From a cyanobacterium endosymbiont of Rhopalodia gibba (GTDB lineage: Bacteria > Cyanobacteriota > Cyanobacteriia > Cyanobacteriales > Microcystaceae), in contig CP067995.1 in the NCBI GenBank assembly GCA_045159875.1, positions 928,001 through 992,000 of the forward strand: DNA of 64,000 bases, in the 5' to 3' direction. Positions 1-13,540 of the stretch are shown piece after piece. The notes under the pieces were generated by a model. It saw nothing but the letters and a program-made list of their open reading frames with translations, made no database searches and was not told the origin of the DNA. How positions within the stretch are numbered: the stretch's first letter is position 1; the number at the start of each line of letters is the position of its first letter. Both the position numbers and the translations under genes were made by a program.

Positions 1-1849
1 TGGATTAAGAACAATTGGGAGATAGAAAGTAGATTTGTTGTAACTTACTCTTGCTAAAAGTAATCTTTAATCATATGTTTTTTCTACACCTAATACCTAG
101 TGTATAGTTTAACTCCATTGTCACTCTGTCGAGTATGTCAAAAAAGATAATGTAGATTGTGAGTCGATTAACTGTAAGTCAAGAAATGTGATCATCATTA
201 GTTTCAAAAGTATATTATTGATGTTAGAGATTATTGCTTTGATGAAACTAAGAGGGTTATTTAAAATAATTTGGAAACTTACTACTGAGATCAACTCTTT
301 TGTAGAAACGAGTCAACCTATTATTATAATTGCCACTGATATTAGACCTAATACTTAAATCACTTCTGAAATCTTTGAGCCCTAAACTAAATATTAAGCT
401 TATGTTATGCCACTTTTCCTCTTAATTAATTAACGAATTTCTATCTAAAAAATGAGTAAATAATAACTAAAATAATCACACAATTAAAAATAACATTGTT
501 ATAAATAGAATGCGTGTTTGACTGTAGGTTATTCAATCTTTTAAATAGTTTTTATTGGCTTTATTAACTCTAAATAACAACTAAAAGTTATACTTTGTTT
601 TTAGTAAAAATTTTAATCAGATTATCTGTTTTTGTCTTGCTAAGAATGGGAGAATTAAAATATTATATAAATTACTGAAAAAGATTAATATAAAGTAGTT
701 TGATGTTAAAATTTTTCTATGAAATCAGCATTTATTTCTCTCAAGTGTCTGATTACCAGATTTTAGGTAATTTATGCCCTAGAATAACGATTATTCTTTA
801 TAAGAGTTCCGATATTCTTTATAATAGTTCCGAACACAGAAAATTAGAAGAATGAGAAGACGCATAGCAATACTTTAAATATTCTCTTTCCTGAGATAAA
901 AGAGTGAAGAGATAAAAGTTTAATTTTATCTAAAGGGTTTAGGTAAAAATATTCTTTATTCTTAACTGAATAATAAATGACCATTAAAAAGTCTATTTTT
1001 TCTAGACTAAATCTACTAAATTAGAGGTTAATAACTTCCAAAACTCTTATTTTGACTGTATTCTATACCTTGGCATATTTTTACTTTTATAAAGATTAAG
1101 TTTTGAAGATTTTAAAAAACTTGTTAGGTAAGACTTTTAGCTTTTATTTATCAAAATTTGATTACAGTTAAATTAGAAAAAACAAAGATATTTTTATACT
1201 CAATTAGTATTCTTCTAGGAATCTATTTTAGATAACTTTTAATCAGCTAGAGATATAGACTCTTCAAAAAAAAGCAAATTATCTTGACTAAAATCACATT
1301 TATAAAATGTTGCTTGAACGGCTTCTGTTAGATCTCTATCTGTATTTTCTCTTAAATTATTTATCATTATTTTTCCGATTTTAATTCATTATTTTTTTGT
1401 TATTACTGTTAATTTTTAATCTTTTTTATATATTATAGATATTTTCTATTTAAGGTATTTTTTATTTTACTATTAAGTTCTTATTTTTCAAATATTGTTA
1501 ACTAAATTGATTGACGGGACAGTATTCTTTTAGATGAGAATCAATAGAGATAAGTTAAACTCTAAGATAGTACCGATTATAGCTTTCGAGTCTAATATTA
1601 ATGCAGTTGTCTGATTTGACTAACTATCAAAGTAAGCATCCGTTCAAAACCTTATTCAAGGTCTATTATCAGGATGGGAACAACTTAGAATTATCACTAG
1701 ACTACCCAATTAATGGTAGTCCAGAATAGCTCAGATCTCTGAATGATTTCTAATGTGATTGATCTTATTTAGAGTTTATTTTCTCATTTTCTTAGAAAAC
1801 TTTAATTGAATAGAACTTTGTTAAGTTTCACCATTGTTTAAAACATACC

Positions 1850-2470
1850 TACTCTTTACTGATATATTCCTCTCATAAAGTTTGGCTACTGGCAGGATAG
1901 AATAGTGTCTATGCTGAAGGTTAACCTAACAGTTATAAGAATTACCCATCGATTTTTACTATTGCAATCGTACCGAAGGAGCATTACAAGTGAAATTGCT
2001 CAAGTATGTAGAAACGATTTAAATCCTGATTAGCTAACTGTTGCAGTTATTGCTCTCTACTATCTTCAGCATTCTCGTTTCTTTGTCTATCACCGCCATT
2101 TGCACTCGGACTTTCTTGCTTTTCTTTGCAGAGACTGTTCATTTAGTAGTTTGTTCAATTGATTTTTTTAAAATTTCTTCACATTAACCAAATCAAAAAC
2201 TCAGACAGTAAGAAACAGCTCTTTCAGTTTACTTAGTTAAAATTTTTAAGCTAATCCTGTTACTCGTACTGGTGGAGCCTAACAAATAGAAATCAAACGG
2301 AATCAATAGAAGTTAACTCTGTTAAAAATAGCTGTTCTTCGAGACGATTTTATCAATGTTATTGCTAATACCTTTACCCAAGAAACTCTTGAGCTGCTTG
2401 TGTTCAATCGGAGAGCTTTCTGTACTTATAAAAATCTATAGAGTGTTCCTGTTCGTAGTGTTTTAAAACT
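1850..2470 (+). pseudogene. Heavily decayed coding relic, possibly the C-terminus of a filamentous-haemagglutinin-like exoprotein
   Basis: Fragments ELPID and SEIAQVCRNDLNPD*LTVAV weakly resemble the ELP..IAQxC..TVxGRGGLP tail of cyanobacterial FHA-family proteins; many stops and frameshifts; bounds approximate. Confidence 0.2.
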
Positions 2471-4091
2471 AAAAAATGTTTTTTTGAAAAAATAACTCTG
2501 TTATCTTAACTCTTGAAATTCTACTATAAATTGGCAAAAAAATTAACTGAATTCAGCTAGTAATAGAGTTTTTTAAAATAAATAAAAATCAATAAATTAA
2601 AGTTTAATTTTTTTAAAAAAAAGTAATTTTTTAGAAGAAAATATATAAAAAAATTTCTTATTTATCAAAAAATAATAAATTTATATCAGAATATTTTTCT
2701 TAAAAATACAACTATGAGAAACTATCACTCTAGCAAATAAACTAGAGTAGAAAAATCAACCATTATTAATTTTATTAATTAATAATAGTTGATTTAATAT
2801 TAGCTGGATTTTACTTAATGTTCAAGAGCTCATACAATTTTAATTTATTAAACATTTTTTCAGGGCCTTAATACAATCAATCGTGTTTTTTTTGAAAAAA
2901 AGTAATAAAAATTGACGATTTTTTTTTATGACGTCAATTAGGCATGTTTTTTCTCAACAAAGAAAGATATTTTCTGTACTCAGAAGCCAAATTTTTAACT
3001 TCTGAAGTATTATAGATATTTAACTTTTCAAGAAACTATATCTTTTTCTACTCACCGCTTATTCGTTATTGGTCAAGCAAACTAAATTTTTTTGTAGAAA
3101 AAAGAAAGATCGTTGCAAGTGTAAACTATTGTCAACTTCTTACTTAAGATAGTATTTTTGCTGCACTCCATGATTTTTAAATAAAGATAGCCAGTCAATA
3201 AATTGTTAAACAACAGCTTTATTATTACTAGATTTAAGTATCCATTAATAGAGTTAACGGCTTATTTTATAATAAGCTTGATTAATTATAACTGAACATA
3301 ATAAATAAATTGTAAGAAAAACAAACGACTTTAATCTGAGTAAAGAACTAAACTTTCAATCTGCTACTGGCAGAAAATAATGATAAAAATTTCTATAAAA
3401 ATTGTTTAAAATCTTATAAAGGTTATTAGTTTTTCGTCCATTGTCTAGGCAGTTTTCTTTATCTAGAAATAAGGATTATTTAATTTACGTATTAAATTTT
3501 GTCACTCCGAAGATTTATACAATTGTTACAGAAATTAATGTTGTTAACAAAATTGTTGTCTTTAGAAAAGATTTTAGAAATATTCTATATTATAAAATAA
3601 TGACAAAATGTTTTATTCTGACTAATCTAGACTTAGAGGGAGAACATATAGCTAAATTGTTTTCTTGTATGTGAATTTGTTACGTTCCAATAATTTAAAA
3701 GATTAACTTCTAGGGATTACTTCAGCTATATGTTTTTTTGACAATAAGTAATTTCATTTCTAATCTTAAAGAACAGTTTTTTGCTCAAAGAAATTTACAG
3801 ATACATTACTGGGGCTCGCAAATTAGTATCTAGGTAGAAATAGTTTATCAAAAAGTAGAAAAGTCCAAAAAATAGCCCGGTAAAGATTATTTGCAAATTT
3901 AAAAAACTTAGTCATTATAAAATTGACGTAGCAGATGAATTTTACCATTATTACATAATTATGATTTCTGACAAAAAACTGGTAGTACAGAAAAAGATTA
4001 TAATATTACTTCAAGGCGAGCAGTGCGTCGACTTACAAGGCTTTATAAGCCTATCAATGTTCTAATCATATACATCGTGCAATAGAACTTT

Positions 4092-4400
4092 TTAAAAAAG
4101 TTCTATCGGGAAAAATGTTTTCAACATTTTTCTTACCTTCAATAAAAAGATAATGTGTTTTAATTTAGAATTAAGTTCAGAAGGGTAGGGACTTTCAGCT
4201 AATCTCGCTTTAATATCGACATATTCTCTGGCTGTTAAAGGTTTTCCATCAATAGGTGATCGCCCTTCGGTAACAATTTCTGTCCGCAAAATTTCTTCAG
4301 GTATATCTTCAGGAGGAGGCAAGGCTACTGCTAAATTTAACTCTAATACTAACCCAACTATGTTGACAAAAATTGACCATTTTAATAAACGATAATTCAT
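4092..4400 (-). CDS. Conserved cyanobacterial hypothetical protein with N-terminal signal, downstream of GST
   Basis: 102-aa ORF with LPPPEDIPEEILRTEI..RSPIDGKPLT motif typical of a cyanobacterial family; 14 bp from the GST stop. Confidence 0.8.
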   Translation of the reverse strand: MNYRLLKWSIFVNIVGLVLELNLAVALPPPEDIPEEILRTEIVTEGRSPIDGKPLTAREYVDIKARLAESPYPSELNSKLKHIIFLLKVRKMLKTFFPIELF

Positions 4401-4414
4401 AGAAACTTTTTTAG

Positions 4415-5083
4415 TTAATTTAACCCTGCTGGTAACTTTTCTCCACAGATTTCATGGATTGCAATTATTTTTTCAAACAACCAAGGATAATTCTGACGAT
4501 ACTCAGGAATCAAGCTTAAAGGACTCAGTAAAGCTGAGGCTGTTAAATCAGCAACACTTAAGCGATCACCCACTAAATAGGGCTGATACTGCCAGTAGGA
4601 TAACACATTTATGGCATTTTTCAATCGTTCTGAGGCTAATTCTACGGTAGCAGAAGTAATATTATATTGATGACGGACAATATTAATTAGCATTTGACTA
4701 AACAAGGAAGAATCAATAGATTTTCCTTCTCCTGCACGAAAATGATAGTAAATAAAACGAGTAGCGGTTCCGATGCTCTCATCTAACCAGTCTTCTAACA
4801 ACCAAGCTTGGGTTTGTTTATTAGCATCAGATAACATTAATGGAGGATTATTTTGATAGGTTTCAAGGTATTGAAAAATTCGAGTTGAGTCAGCAATTAT
4901 TTGAGGTTCTTCTACTTTTTGAGGTAATAAGACTGGAACTTTTGTTAACCCTGTGAGAGGTCTTAATTTAAGTATATGTAAGCCTGGTGTTAGGTTTTCA
5001 ACTTGATAAGAAATTTTTTTATACCCTAATGCTAATCTAGCTTTACGGCAATAATGAGAGGTACTAAATTGTAACAATAACAT
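4415..5083 (-). CDS. Glutathione S-transferase family protein
   Basis: SHYCRKARLAL, KVPVL, IADSTRI and YLVGDRLSVADL motifs of GST N- and C-domains. Confidence 0.9.
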   Translation of the reverse strand: MLLLQFSTSHYCRKARLALGYKKISYQVENLTPGLHILKLRPLTGLTKVPVLLPQKVEEPQIIADSTRIFQYLETYQNNPPLMLSDANKQTQAWLLEDWLDESIGTATRFIYYHFRAGEGKSIDSSLFSQMLINIVRHQYNITSATVELASERLKNAINVLSYWQYQPYLVGDRLSVADLTASALLSPLSLIPEYRQNYPWLFEKIIAIHEICGEKLPAGLN

Positions 5084-6071
5084 AAGCTAATCAGTAATCA
5101 ATGTTAAACATAATAATCAACTGCAGACAAAGACCTAATTTCACTAGAAACAATTATCCTAAAAGGAACTAAATGTCTCGGAAAGAGAGTAGTCTTAATT
5201 TTTAAGCTTAACCTTTTATGGGTAAAACTACCTTATTTGCAGCACTGTACTATAACACGGTTTTAAAAACTGTTATTTCTAAGACACTTTACTAATTTTA
5301 AAAATACAATTATGACTAGGGGGACACAAAAAAATGTCATTTTAAAACCCCTATCATTTATCTTTAATTGTTAAAATTATGGACACAAGCGCATAACTTC
5401 TCATTTAGAAATTTTTGAGGAGGAATAGTTATTTTAAAAATCTAAACTAATTAGATTTTCTTGAAAAATTTAATTCTATTCATTTTACATATAAAATTTT
5501 TGACAATAATTAACTATTTTTTTAAATGTTAAAACAATTTTTTGTATAGAAAGTCAATCAATTCATTTGAATGAGTTTAAAAAAATTACTGAATTTATTA
5601 TAAAATAGTAGAATGTTATTTATTTTGTTAATTTACATTAATGTTTAATAAATTTGTCTTGAGTTTATTGGACTACAGTTTTAGTTCAAAAGTCATCAAT
5701 CTTGACTTTTTTTGAATTTTGTTGGCACTTTCTAGTTGATTTATACTAGTAATCACATAAAGTTTTGCTTTCTGTAATTCTTTTTTAAATACAGATTTTT
5801 AGTTCATCAAAAATTGAAAACAAGCCATGCAAGTAGCAATAATAGGACTGAGAATTAATAAATGTTCGATTATTTTATAGCTGGCTTGATAACAGTTACA
5901 CCCAATTAATCCCATGATTTTTTTCGGTCAAGGAAAGAATAATAAGTTTATTAGTTGATCAGTCAAGGACAGAGTTTTACTAAAGACTGCTAATTGTTAT
6001 TGAGTTCCTTCTAAGAGGTTTGTACTTCGATTTTAAGCAAAATTAAAAGTGATCGTTGGCTTTAGAAGATA

Positions 6072-6119
6072 ATAATTAAGTCCAGATACCATTTTAGAAT
6101 GGTATCTGGACTTAATTAT
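6072..6119. repeat. Perfect 22-bp inverted repeat with 4-nt loop
   Basis: ataattaagtccagataccatt-ttag-aatggtatctggacttaattat; lies near the 3' end of the ABC pseudogene and may be its terminator. Confidence 0.9.
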
Positions 6120-6149
6120 AGTGAAGATTATATCGACTATTTTAGGACT

Positions 6150-7620
6150 AAAATTAATTAGAACTCAACCAAACTTAGGATGGCAAAAGTCTGTTGACTC
6201 TTAACATGGTTTTGTTATATAACAGTTTTTATGAGAAGTAAACTGTTATAAACTAAGAAAAATCTAAATAAGGTTTTCAAAGTTTTAGTAGTACAAATAT
6301 TACATGATAGGTTCAACAGAATTGTGATTATTTAGAAACTAAATTAAGACTCTAACCTCTTTTTGATTAAAAGTTAAGGATCAGTTACTGAAATGATCCT
6401 TAACTATCGTCTACCTGATAATTTAATTGCTGTATTTCTGAGATAGAAATCTATCCAGCTAATTGTTTAATTACTATTTTTATCTGGGAATATCGTTCGA
6501 AAATTTCTTTGTTAAAAACGGCAATTGCTTCATAAGAGGAATATATTCACTGACTTTTAAAATAGTTTTTATATTATATTTTTCGGTATCTTCTTGACGA
6601 ATTAAAAGACCTACACTTTTTCAAAATACTAAAAATTGCATAACTTTTAAGTTAAATTTTTATCAGCTACTTTAACTTGTTTGTCTCCTTATTTAGAATT
6701 ACTAATTTTGTTTTAGTTGAAAATGTTATAAAAGCAATTATACTATATTTAACGCAACTATTACTTGATAAATTTCTAGGTATTCTATAAAAAAAAATCC
6801 TTAATTTAATTTATATTCCACGTAAAAATTATAAAATAATGTTTTTTATAAAGTTTTTAGAGCCAATTACTATAGTTCCACTTCCCTGACTTTCTGAGAA
6901 CAACTGTTTGTAGATTATCCTAAATAAACTCAATAAAATTACTACCGCGATCCCACAAATAATTAGAACACTTTTTTTGTATTGAAATTGTGATTTTTTA
7001 CACTGAGTCAAAAATTTTTCTCACGAACTAATTACTCGATAAGCCACTAAAGTAATTAATTCTGCTGAAATTTACCCTAATAAAATCAATTGATTATTAA
7101 CAATTGAAATGCCTCCAAAAACAAAAAACTCTAAGCCTCCTCCACTGAGGGCAGCAGAAATAATAGTAACACGCACACAAATTATTATAGAAACTCTTAC
7201 TTTTGCTAGTATCATACCTATAGCAAATAAAATTTTAAGCAATAACAATATCTATTAATCTGTTATATATATTATTTTTTTACTTCTCTTCCTCCTTTAT
7301 CAGCTTATATTATTCACATATCAATATTTTAAGTAATGGGAATCAAGGCATAAAAAATTAATCTAAAAATAGTAGTTTTTTTAAATTTTTCTTGTCACGT
7401 CAACGGTAATATCAAAAACAAACATGGCAATACTAGAGACTGTTTGAACAGAGTTTACGAGCAAAAAATAGAATTTACTAACTTAATATATCGAGTGATA
7501 AAAATACAAAGAGGAATATTTATTAAAATTGCTGTTTTTATAGTAATAACAACTAGAATTAAATGCTCTTTAATTTCTTTAAAAAGCTCTTGACTAAAAA
7601 AAATTAAAAAAATCATTCAT
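6150..7620 (-). pseudogene. Glycine betaine/choline ABC transporter permease-substrate-binding fusion (OpuBB/OsmF-like), decayed
   Basis: Minus-strand fragments EHLILVVIT..ILINIPLCIFITR, VTIISAALSGGGLEFFVFGGISIVNNQLIL and GTIVIGSKNF match this family; multiple stops and frameshifts; 3' bound approximate. Confidence 0.75.
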
Positions 7621-7699
7621 TATAAATAGGTAAATAGTTGAACACAATTTAAAGTTAATAGAAATAAAAAATAATCAAAAAATTAGTCTATTACAAACT

Positions 7700-8560
7700 A
7701 ATACTATAAAATTAATTGGTGAAATACTAGACAAAGAAACTTCAGAATTAAGATTAATATTTTTTTCTATAAGTTCTCCTTTAAATCAACTTTAATCTAG
7801 AGTTAATACTTGCTATTATCTCCTGAGTTGTTAATTGTAGAAAATAAACAACACTTTCTTCAGTTCAATAAATGATATTCTATGTATTTTTTTGAAAAAA
7901 TTAGCTACTTTAAATATTCTTAATACTAGATAGTGTACTTTTTTAAAAGCTGTTTTTAGTTTCTCTCTTAATTAAAATAAATTTTAAAAATTTAGGTTAT
8001 ATGTTGATATTTAACTTTTTTTTAGTTTTTACTTAATATTTTCGGTTATTCAACTATTATAGTTTTTGCCGGGTATTTCTAAAGTATTTAAACTCTAATT
8101 TAAGAGTATTTTTTGATAAGCTAACTAAGTATTAAGTAATTGCAGTATATAAAATTATTTTTTTACTACTTTAATATGTAGCATTAATTGATCTACAAAA
8201 TAACCTATAGATTGTAAAAAAAAACTATAGGTTATTTTATCTAATTTTATTAGAAACATCTTTTCCTCCTTGGTTCTTAAAACACAGCAATTGTATTAAT
8301 TGCTAAGTATTCTAATTTATGAAGGTCTTCTTTATGTAATTTTTTGGCTAAACTTTTGAGCATCATTTATTGTTCATTTGTTTTATGTTATATTAATTAC
8401 TTTGAATTTAACAAAAATTATCTCAAGATGGACGGCTATCTTCGTCCAAGAAAAATCTATAAGAGTCAATTTATTATTTTGTGGAAAACACTAAAACAAT
8501 AGAGAGTTCAGTTCAAGTATATTGATATACAATTTTTTAGTAAAACTCAAATTAAAATTT
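7700..8560 (-). pseudogene. Probable decayed ATP-binding subunit of the same ABC transporter
   Basis: Position directly upstream of the permease relic; only faint fragments (FLGRR near the expected Walker A, FLQLTTQEII near the C-terminus). Confidence 0.25.
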
Positions 8561-8594
8561 ATAACGGCTATTTAAAATTTAATGTTATATTTTT

Positions 8595-9128
8595 CTATTC
8601 TGATTCTTCGTCAATAGGCTTAAAAAGCCGACTGTCAGAAATAACACGAGTACAAGCCCAGTTACTTGGAAGGGAAGACGGCCACCCCATGCGAATCGCT
8701 TCTGGACAAATCGTCATTACTGTAAGTTGACAGTCGATTAACTGAAACCCTTTTTTTTCACATTGTCTTAAGCTGTGTTTTAGAATAGACTTGTTTTTGA
8801 ATTCAATAGTTTTATTACACTGAATACACACCATATGATGGTGATGATGAGGAGAAGGGTGATTCAGTTCATAATGTTTATGACCTTCAGCTAGTTCTAA
8901 TTCTCGTAGAATTCCCATACGAGACATCAATTTAATGCTGCGATAAATCGTTGACAAACTAATCCCTTCTTTTCTTTTTTCCAGGAGTTCGTAGAGTTCT
9001 TCCGCACTTAAATGATTGCCCCTGGAAAGATTTTGGAAGACATGAAGAATTTTTTCTCGTTGGGCAGTTAAACGCCAACCTCTGGCATTTAGCTCGGCTT
9101 TTAGAGATATAGAGGTATAGGCAGGCAT
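8595..9128 (-). CDS. fur: Fur-family transcriptional regulator (FurA-like)
   Basis: GWRLTAQREKIL, HLSAEELY, SLSTIYR, HHHHHMVCIQC motifs; ATG at 9128. Confidence 0.9.
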   Translation of the reverse strand: MPAYTSISLKAELNARGWRLTAQREKILHVFQNLSRGNHLSAEELYELLEKRKEGISLSTIYRSIKLMSRMGILRELELAEGHKHYELNHPSPHHHHHMVCIQCNKTIEFKNKSILKHSLRQCEKKGFQLIDCQLTVMTICPEAIRMGWPSSLPSNWACTRVISDSRLFKPIDEESE

Positions 9129-11249
9129 AATCAATCACTCTTAAATAACGTTCTCTAATTCACAATCATAATCTTTCAGAACCCTAATTAGCAATAAGTC
9201 TCATTTACCATCATTTTTTACAAAAAAATATTACTAACGAAAAAATTAAAAATTAGAATGACAATTGTGTTGCTAATCTATTAGTCAAGTTTCTTACTAA
9301 GAGAAAGCATGTTTAAAGAGAAAAATATTATAGGTATGAAGTCCATATCTACTGAGTTAAATCCTTTAAATTTAGCTTTTGATGATATTTTTACCCACAA
9401 AATTTTTCTGTATAAAATATAAAATTAGCCAATTAAACTAAAGCTAAATCGACTTTTAAAATAAAAACTTCTTACATACTTATCAAGTCCTCTTCTTAGA
9501 AGGAATTTTATGGACGGACTGTCTGTATATAAAATAGAATTAAAATTTATGCTATAAATTAAGGAAAAAAAATAATACGAAGTTTTTTTAGATTTCTTCA
9601 AACAAATCAACTAAAATTCCTCTAACAGGGTTATCAATTTTAATTTAATCAAAAATTTTACAAATAAGACTGTTAACATGTTGGTGATTAAGGCAATGAT
9701 TTCTAGGCAACCGATAGTAAGTGAGTAACCTTCAATAAACCTTAATAAAATTAATTATTTTACATCTTTACATTGAAGCAATAAAAGTTTAATTGATATT
9801 ACCTAACCTGATATTTGTTATAGTATTTACTTTGAACCATACTTCATTTAACTTCCTTTCGATAATTTCCTAAACTTTTACTTGATACCATTTCTCTTCT
9901 ATTATATTCAGTCATAAATTTTAATTTGGCAAACAATATAAGTATTTTTTTTATTGTTATTTTTTTAACGGTAATAGATTATTTTTGACTCCATGTAATT
10001 TGTTTTATTTTTATTTTTTTATTCTAGTTATTTTTTCTTATGCTCAGCAAAGAGTATCATATTGGTCTGTTTTTTAAATCATTTTTAAATAGATAGTTTT
10101 TAAAATTTTATTTTTTAATTATTATACTGAGTCTGAAATTTATTTAAGTTTACATACTCTTGGATGTAAACTTAAAATTTCTGTTTTTGTTCTCGTCCTG
10201 AAGGAAATTATTCAGCAACAAGTTAATTTTAATAGTGTTTAATTTTCTAATTATATTAGTTTTTACTAGTTAAATTGTATTTAATAAAATTTTTTTAATA
10301 ATATTTTTATTTTGGATTTATCTAAGTTTAGCTACTGTATATTGAAGCATTTATCTTTAATAATTTTTCTCAAAACATACTTTATTTAATTAATTAAATA
10401 ATGATAATTTTAATATTTTTAAATCCTTTTATATTTATTCTATTAATGATTTTGTTAGTAAACAAACTATATATTTTTAAGTAAAAATATTAAAAATATT
10501 TGATAACTATAAATATGTAATAATACTTATTATTAACATGCCTAATCTAGTTCCTAAGTTTGAAAATATTATTATTTTTTATAGCTGCAATAATTAACTT
10601 CCTTATTTAAAAATTCATTTTTATAAAAATATTTTTAATTAAACTGGAACAGCCTAGCAATCAAAATAATTAGCTAATCTTTTTTTACTAATTTTATCAG
10701 TAAGATCAGTCTTAATTATTAGATTTTGAGTTGTAAACGTACTGGGCAAAAAATAAAGACTTTGATCACTGATTATCATTATTCAAGACTTAGCAGTTAA
10801 ACCTATCATAATTTAGAAAGTTGCCCCAGTCTTTTAAAGAAAGATAATTCATTACTGTTCCTACTAACTTAGATAGATATAGTATGTTGACTATATCGGT
10901 AACTATCATTTATCTAGCCCAAAGTCCCAAAAATAAATTTACCTCTATTAGAGACGTCAAAATCGTCTTTAATAGAGGTAAGCAAGATTATCTCATCTTA
11001 TACTTATTGTAGTCAGGAAATTTGTTTCCTGAATCAACGTACGGAAAAAAAGTGTTAATTATTATTTCCAAAAAAAAGACTAGTAAGACTTGTAATAAAT
11101 TACAGACTACTTTACATTGACTAAAATGTACACCGTAGATCATAAGTTTTTTATAGAAAAAAGGCAACAGATAAAACAAAAAAATGATAAATTTAGTTAA
11201 CAAAAAAAATAGTTAAAAGCAGATAAAATAAACAGAAAGATAGAAAATT

Positions 11250-11490
11250 TTTCCATTTGTAGAATAACCAGTATCGGTCTTTTCTTATACGTCAGACTTC
11301 AACCTTAATCTTTCTTTCTAGAAGCTTATCAAGATGAACTTCTTATCCGTAATGATAACGAGTAATATTTCTATAAATCTAGTTTTGGGTCTTGGTGAAC
11401 TACTTCTTTCCAATATCTAATACTCTTGGTGATGTGGGTTGACGTAATAAGGTTCGTTTCAATTCTGCAATTTTCCAAGCTAACTTCCTT
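11250..11490 (-). pseudogene. Unidentified pseudogene fragment
   Basis: Protein-like stretch RKLAWKIAELKRTLLRQPTSPRVLDIG followed by stops; GC higher than the flanks. Confidence 0.4.
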
Positions 11491-11861
11491 AATCAAATAG
11501 AAACATTATAAAAAATTTTGGTAAATTAAATGCGACATTTTATTTTCTTGATCATAGACCACAAAACCAATTATTGTTAAAAATTTCTCCACAGTCAAGT
11601 TCACTGATACTAATGAAATTCTTGATAACGTATCAATTTTTTATAGATGCGCTCACTTCAATTTTTATTATCCTTATTTGGAGGCATAAAGAAAAGAAGC
11701 ATGGAAAACCTAAAATTGACTGTCAAGTTGCTTTTATCTTAATTAAAATCGTAATTTACCATCAAAATAGACTTTTTTCTTGGCTAGAAAAGTTTAATGT
11801 TTTAATATAGAAAGATACGATCGATTATGCTACGATAGGTCCTAGTTTTAGGAAAGTGCCA

Positions 11862-12044
11862 ATGAACCCAGATACTATTCGGGAAAAAGTTAAAGCCATC
11901 GAAGGTGAGCGAGAATTTTTAGTCCAACTTCTCAATAAACCAGATTTGGGAATTTTGAGTATCGATGTCAAGCAAGCTATTGAGGAACTTGATGAGTTAA
12001 TTGATGAATTTGAATTTACTTTTTCGGAAAAAAATATAAATTAA
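11862..12044 (+). CDS. Small conserved cyanobacterial hypothetical protein (60 aa)
   Basis: MNPDTIREKV..PDLGILSIDVKQAIEELDELIDEF resembles a conserved cyanobacterial small protein; AGGA upstream and a hairpin downstream. Confidence 0.8.
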   Translation: MNPDTIREKVKAIEGEREFLVQLLNKPDLGILSIDVKQAIEELDELIDEFEFTFSEKNIN

Positions 12045-12098
12045 ATCACTAGTATGGTAAACGAAAGTCAGAAAAGGCTTAAGTCCATAATATTTCAT

Positions 12099-12126
12099 AA
12101 AAGCCATTTTTAAAATGGCTTTTTTT
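12099..12126 (+). terminator. Hairpin plus U-tract after the small CDS
   Basis: aaaagccatttt-t-aaaatggctttt followed by a T run. Confidence 0.6.
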
Positions 12127-12904
12127 ACTTTTATATTTAAATTTTAAATCAATTTTTTTACAAAAAACTCTTGCAATCAATCAAAAGTAAATAGGTTATT
12201 TATTTCAACTCTTCTGGACTAAGTATGATTAGCTATAAAGCTAATAATTTTTAAATCTATTATTCTGATCTGTACTGCATGGCTCCGAGAACCGAATTAT
12301 AAAAAAAGTTTTTGTAAGCTTATAATCTTCACAGAGGAGAACTTTCAATGTTTATTTCTGGAAGATCATTTGTTTTGATACTTAAAACAATAAAAATAAT
12401 TAAAGTAACTAAAACTTTAATAAGTAAATGAGCTTAAATAAGTGTAATATAAAAAAGTAGTTAAGTAAAAAATACTTAATAGATATCAACTTAACTAAAA
12501 ATTAAGTTAATACAATTTTTTAAAAAAGTACCATCAAAGTTAATTGGTGACTAAACAATTTCTTTCGGAACAAGAATAAGAAAAGATATTTTATGTTTAA
12601 ATCTAATAGGATGAAAAGTTAAAAAGGTTTAAAATTGAGTGAAGCTATCAAAAAATACAATTAGAAAAATAATTTATAGAGGATTTTTTAAATAAATAGA
12701 AATACTATGAAGTTTTCTGAAATTTAGAAAAAAAAACTTGGCAATAAGAAAACACGAAATAACTTTAAAATTTATCAATTTATTGATAAATAAATTATTA
12801 ATATTTATGTTGGTTTATCTAGCTACAAAACTTTATTTTAAAAATAAAATCTAATTGAGGATATGAAATTCTAATAGGTTTCAATTTAGTAGCTTATGAA
12901 GACA

Positions 12905-13540
12905 GAATAAAAGTAGATGAACCAACTAATTATGTCTTCATGAGTTGCTAAATCAATCGCTTTCTTAATAGCCTAATTGAGATTTATAAAATTTTAGTCT
13001 TTTTCAATTTACAAATATTCTTTGATTTTTAATCAATAGTTTTCAATAAGATTGAGAGCAGGAGACTAAAGAAATAGGAATACGACTTTTTCTTCTATAG
13101 ATTCCATCAATTCTCTAACTTCTATTGTTCTACGAGTTAATTTGTTTTTCAAGGCTTGTACTTTTACAAAAAATATTGTACCAGGACTTCTATTTCCTTT
13201 GTCTATTGTTTAAAAATAAAAGCGGTTAAAAGACCTAATGTAATGAGCACTCTACTTAAGATGATATTTTTCTTCCTCGATTATCGAAATATTTTCCATA
13301 AGCTCGTTTTTCTTTAGTTGCTTTAGCAAAGTAACGAATTATGGTTAGCTAAACTCCAGTTCTGTTAACTACAACCAGACCTTGAAATTTAAACTTTATC
13401 GGCATCAACTACCAAAAACTAAATTGTTTTTCAGGTTGACCCAAGTTTTGGGACTAGAGGACTTATAGTATAAATACTAACTTTAACACCTATTTTCGTA
13501 TGAATGAGGTACCTTATTATTGTATGACAGTATCGTCATT
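12905..13540 (-). mobile_element. IS630-family transposase remnant (copy 1)
   Basis: Fragments LVVVNRTGV*LTIIRYFAKATKEKRAYGKY, VRELMESIEEKVVFLFL*SPALNLIENY*LKIKEYL and KAIDLATHEDIISWF match the IS630 DDE domain (LPPYSPDLNPIE..W..IK). Confidence 0.75.

Noticed and set aside
3441..3674. Short AT-rich ORFs (also 9425, 10988, 11574, 32549, 33404, 58836)
   Set aside because: Mostly non-ATG starts, F/I/K/L/N-biased composition and no motifs; consistent with chance ORFs in decayed DNA
9140..9210. Fur box upstream of fur
   Set aside because: tgagacttattgcta matches the 7-1-7 consensus only partly and is not distinguishable from AT-rich background
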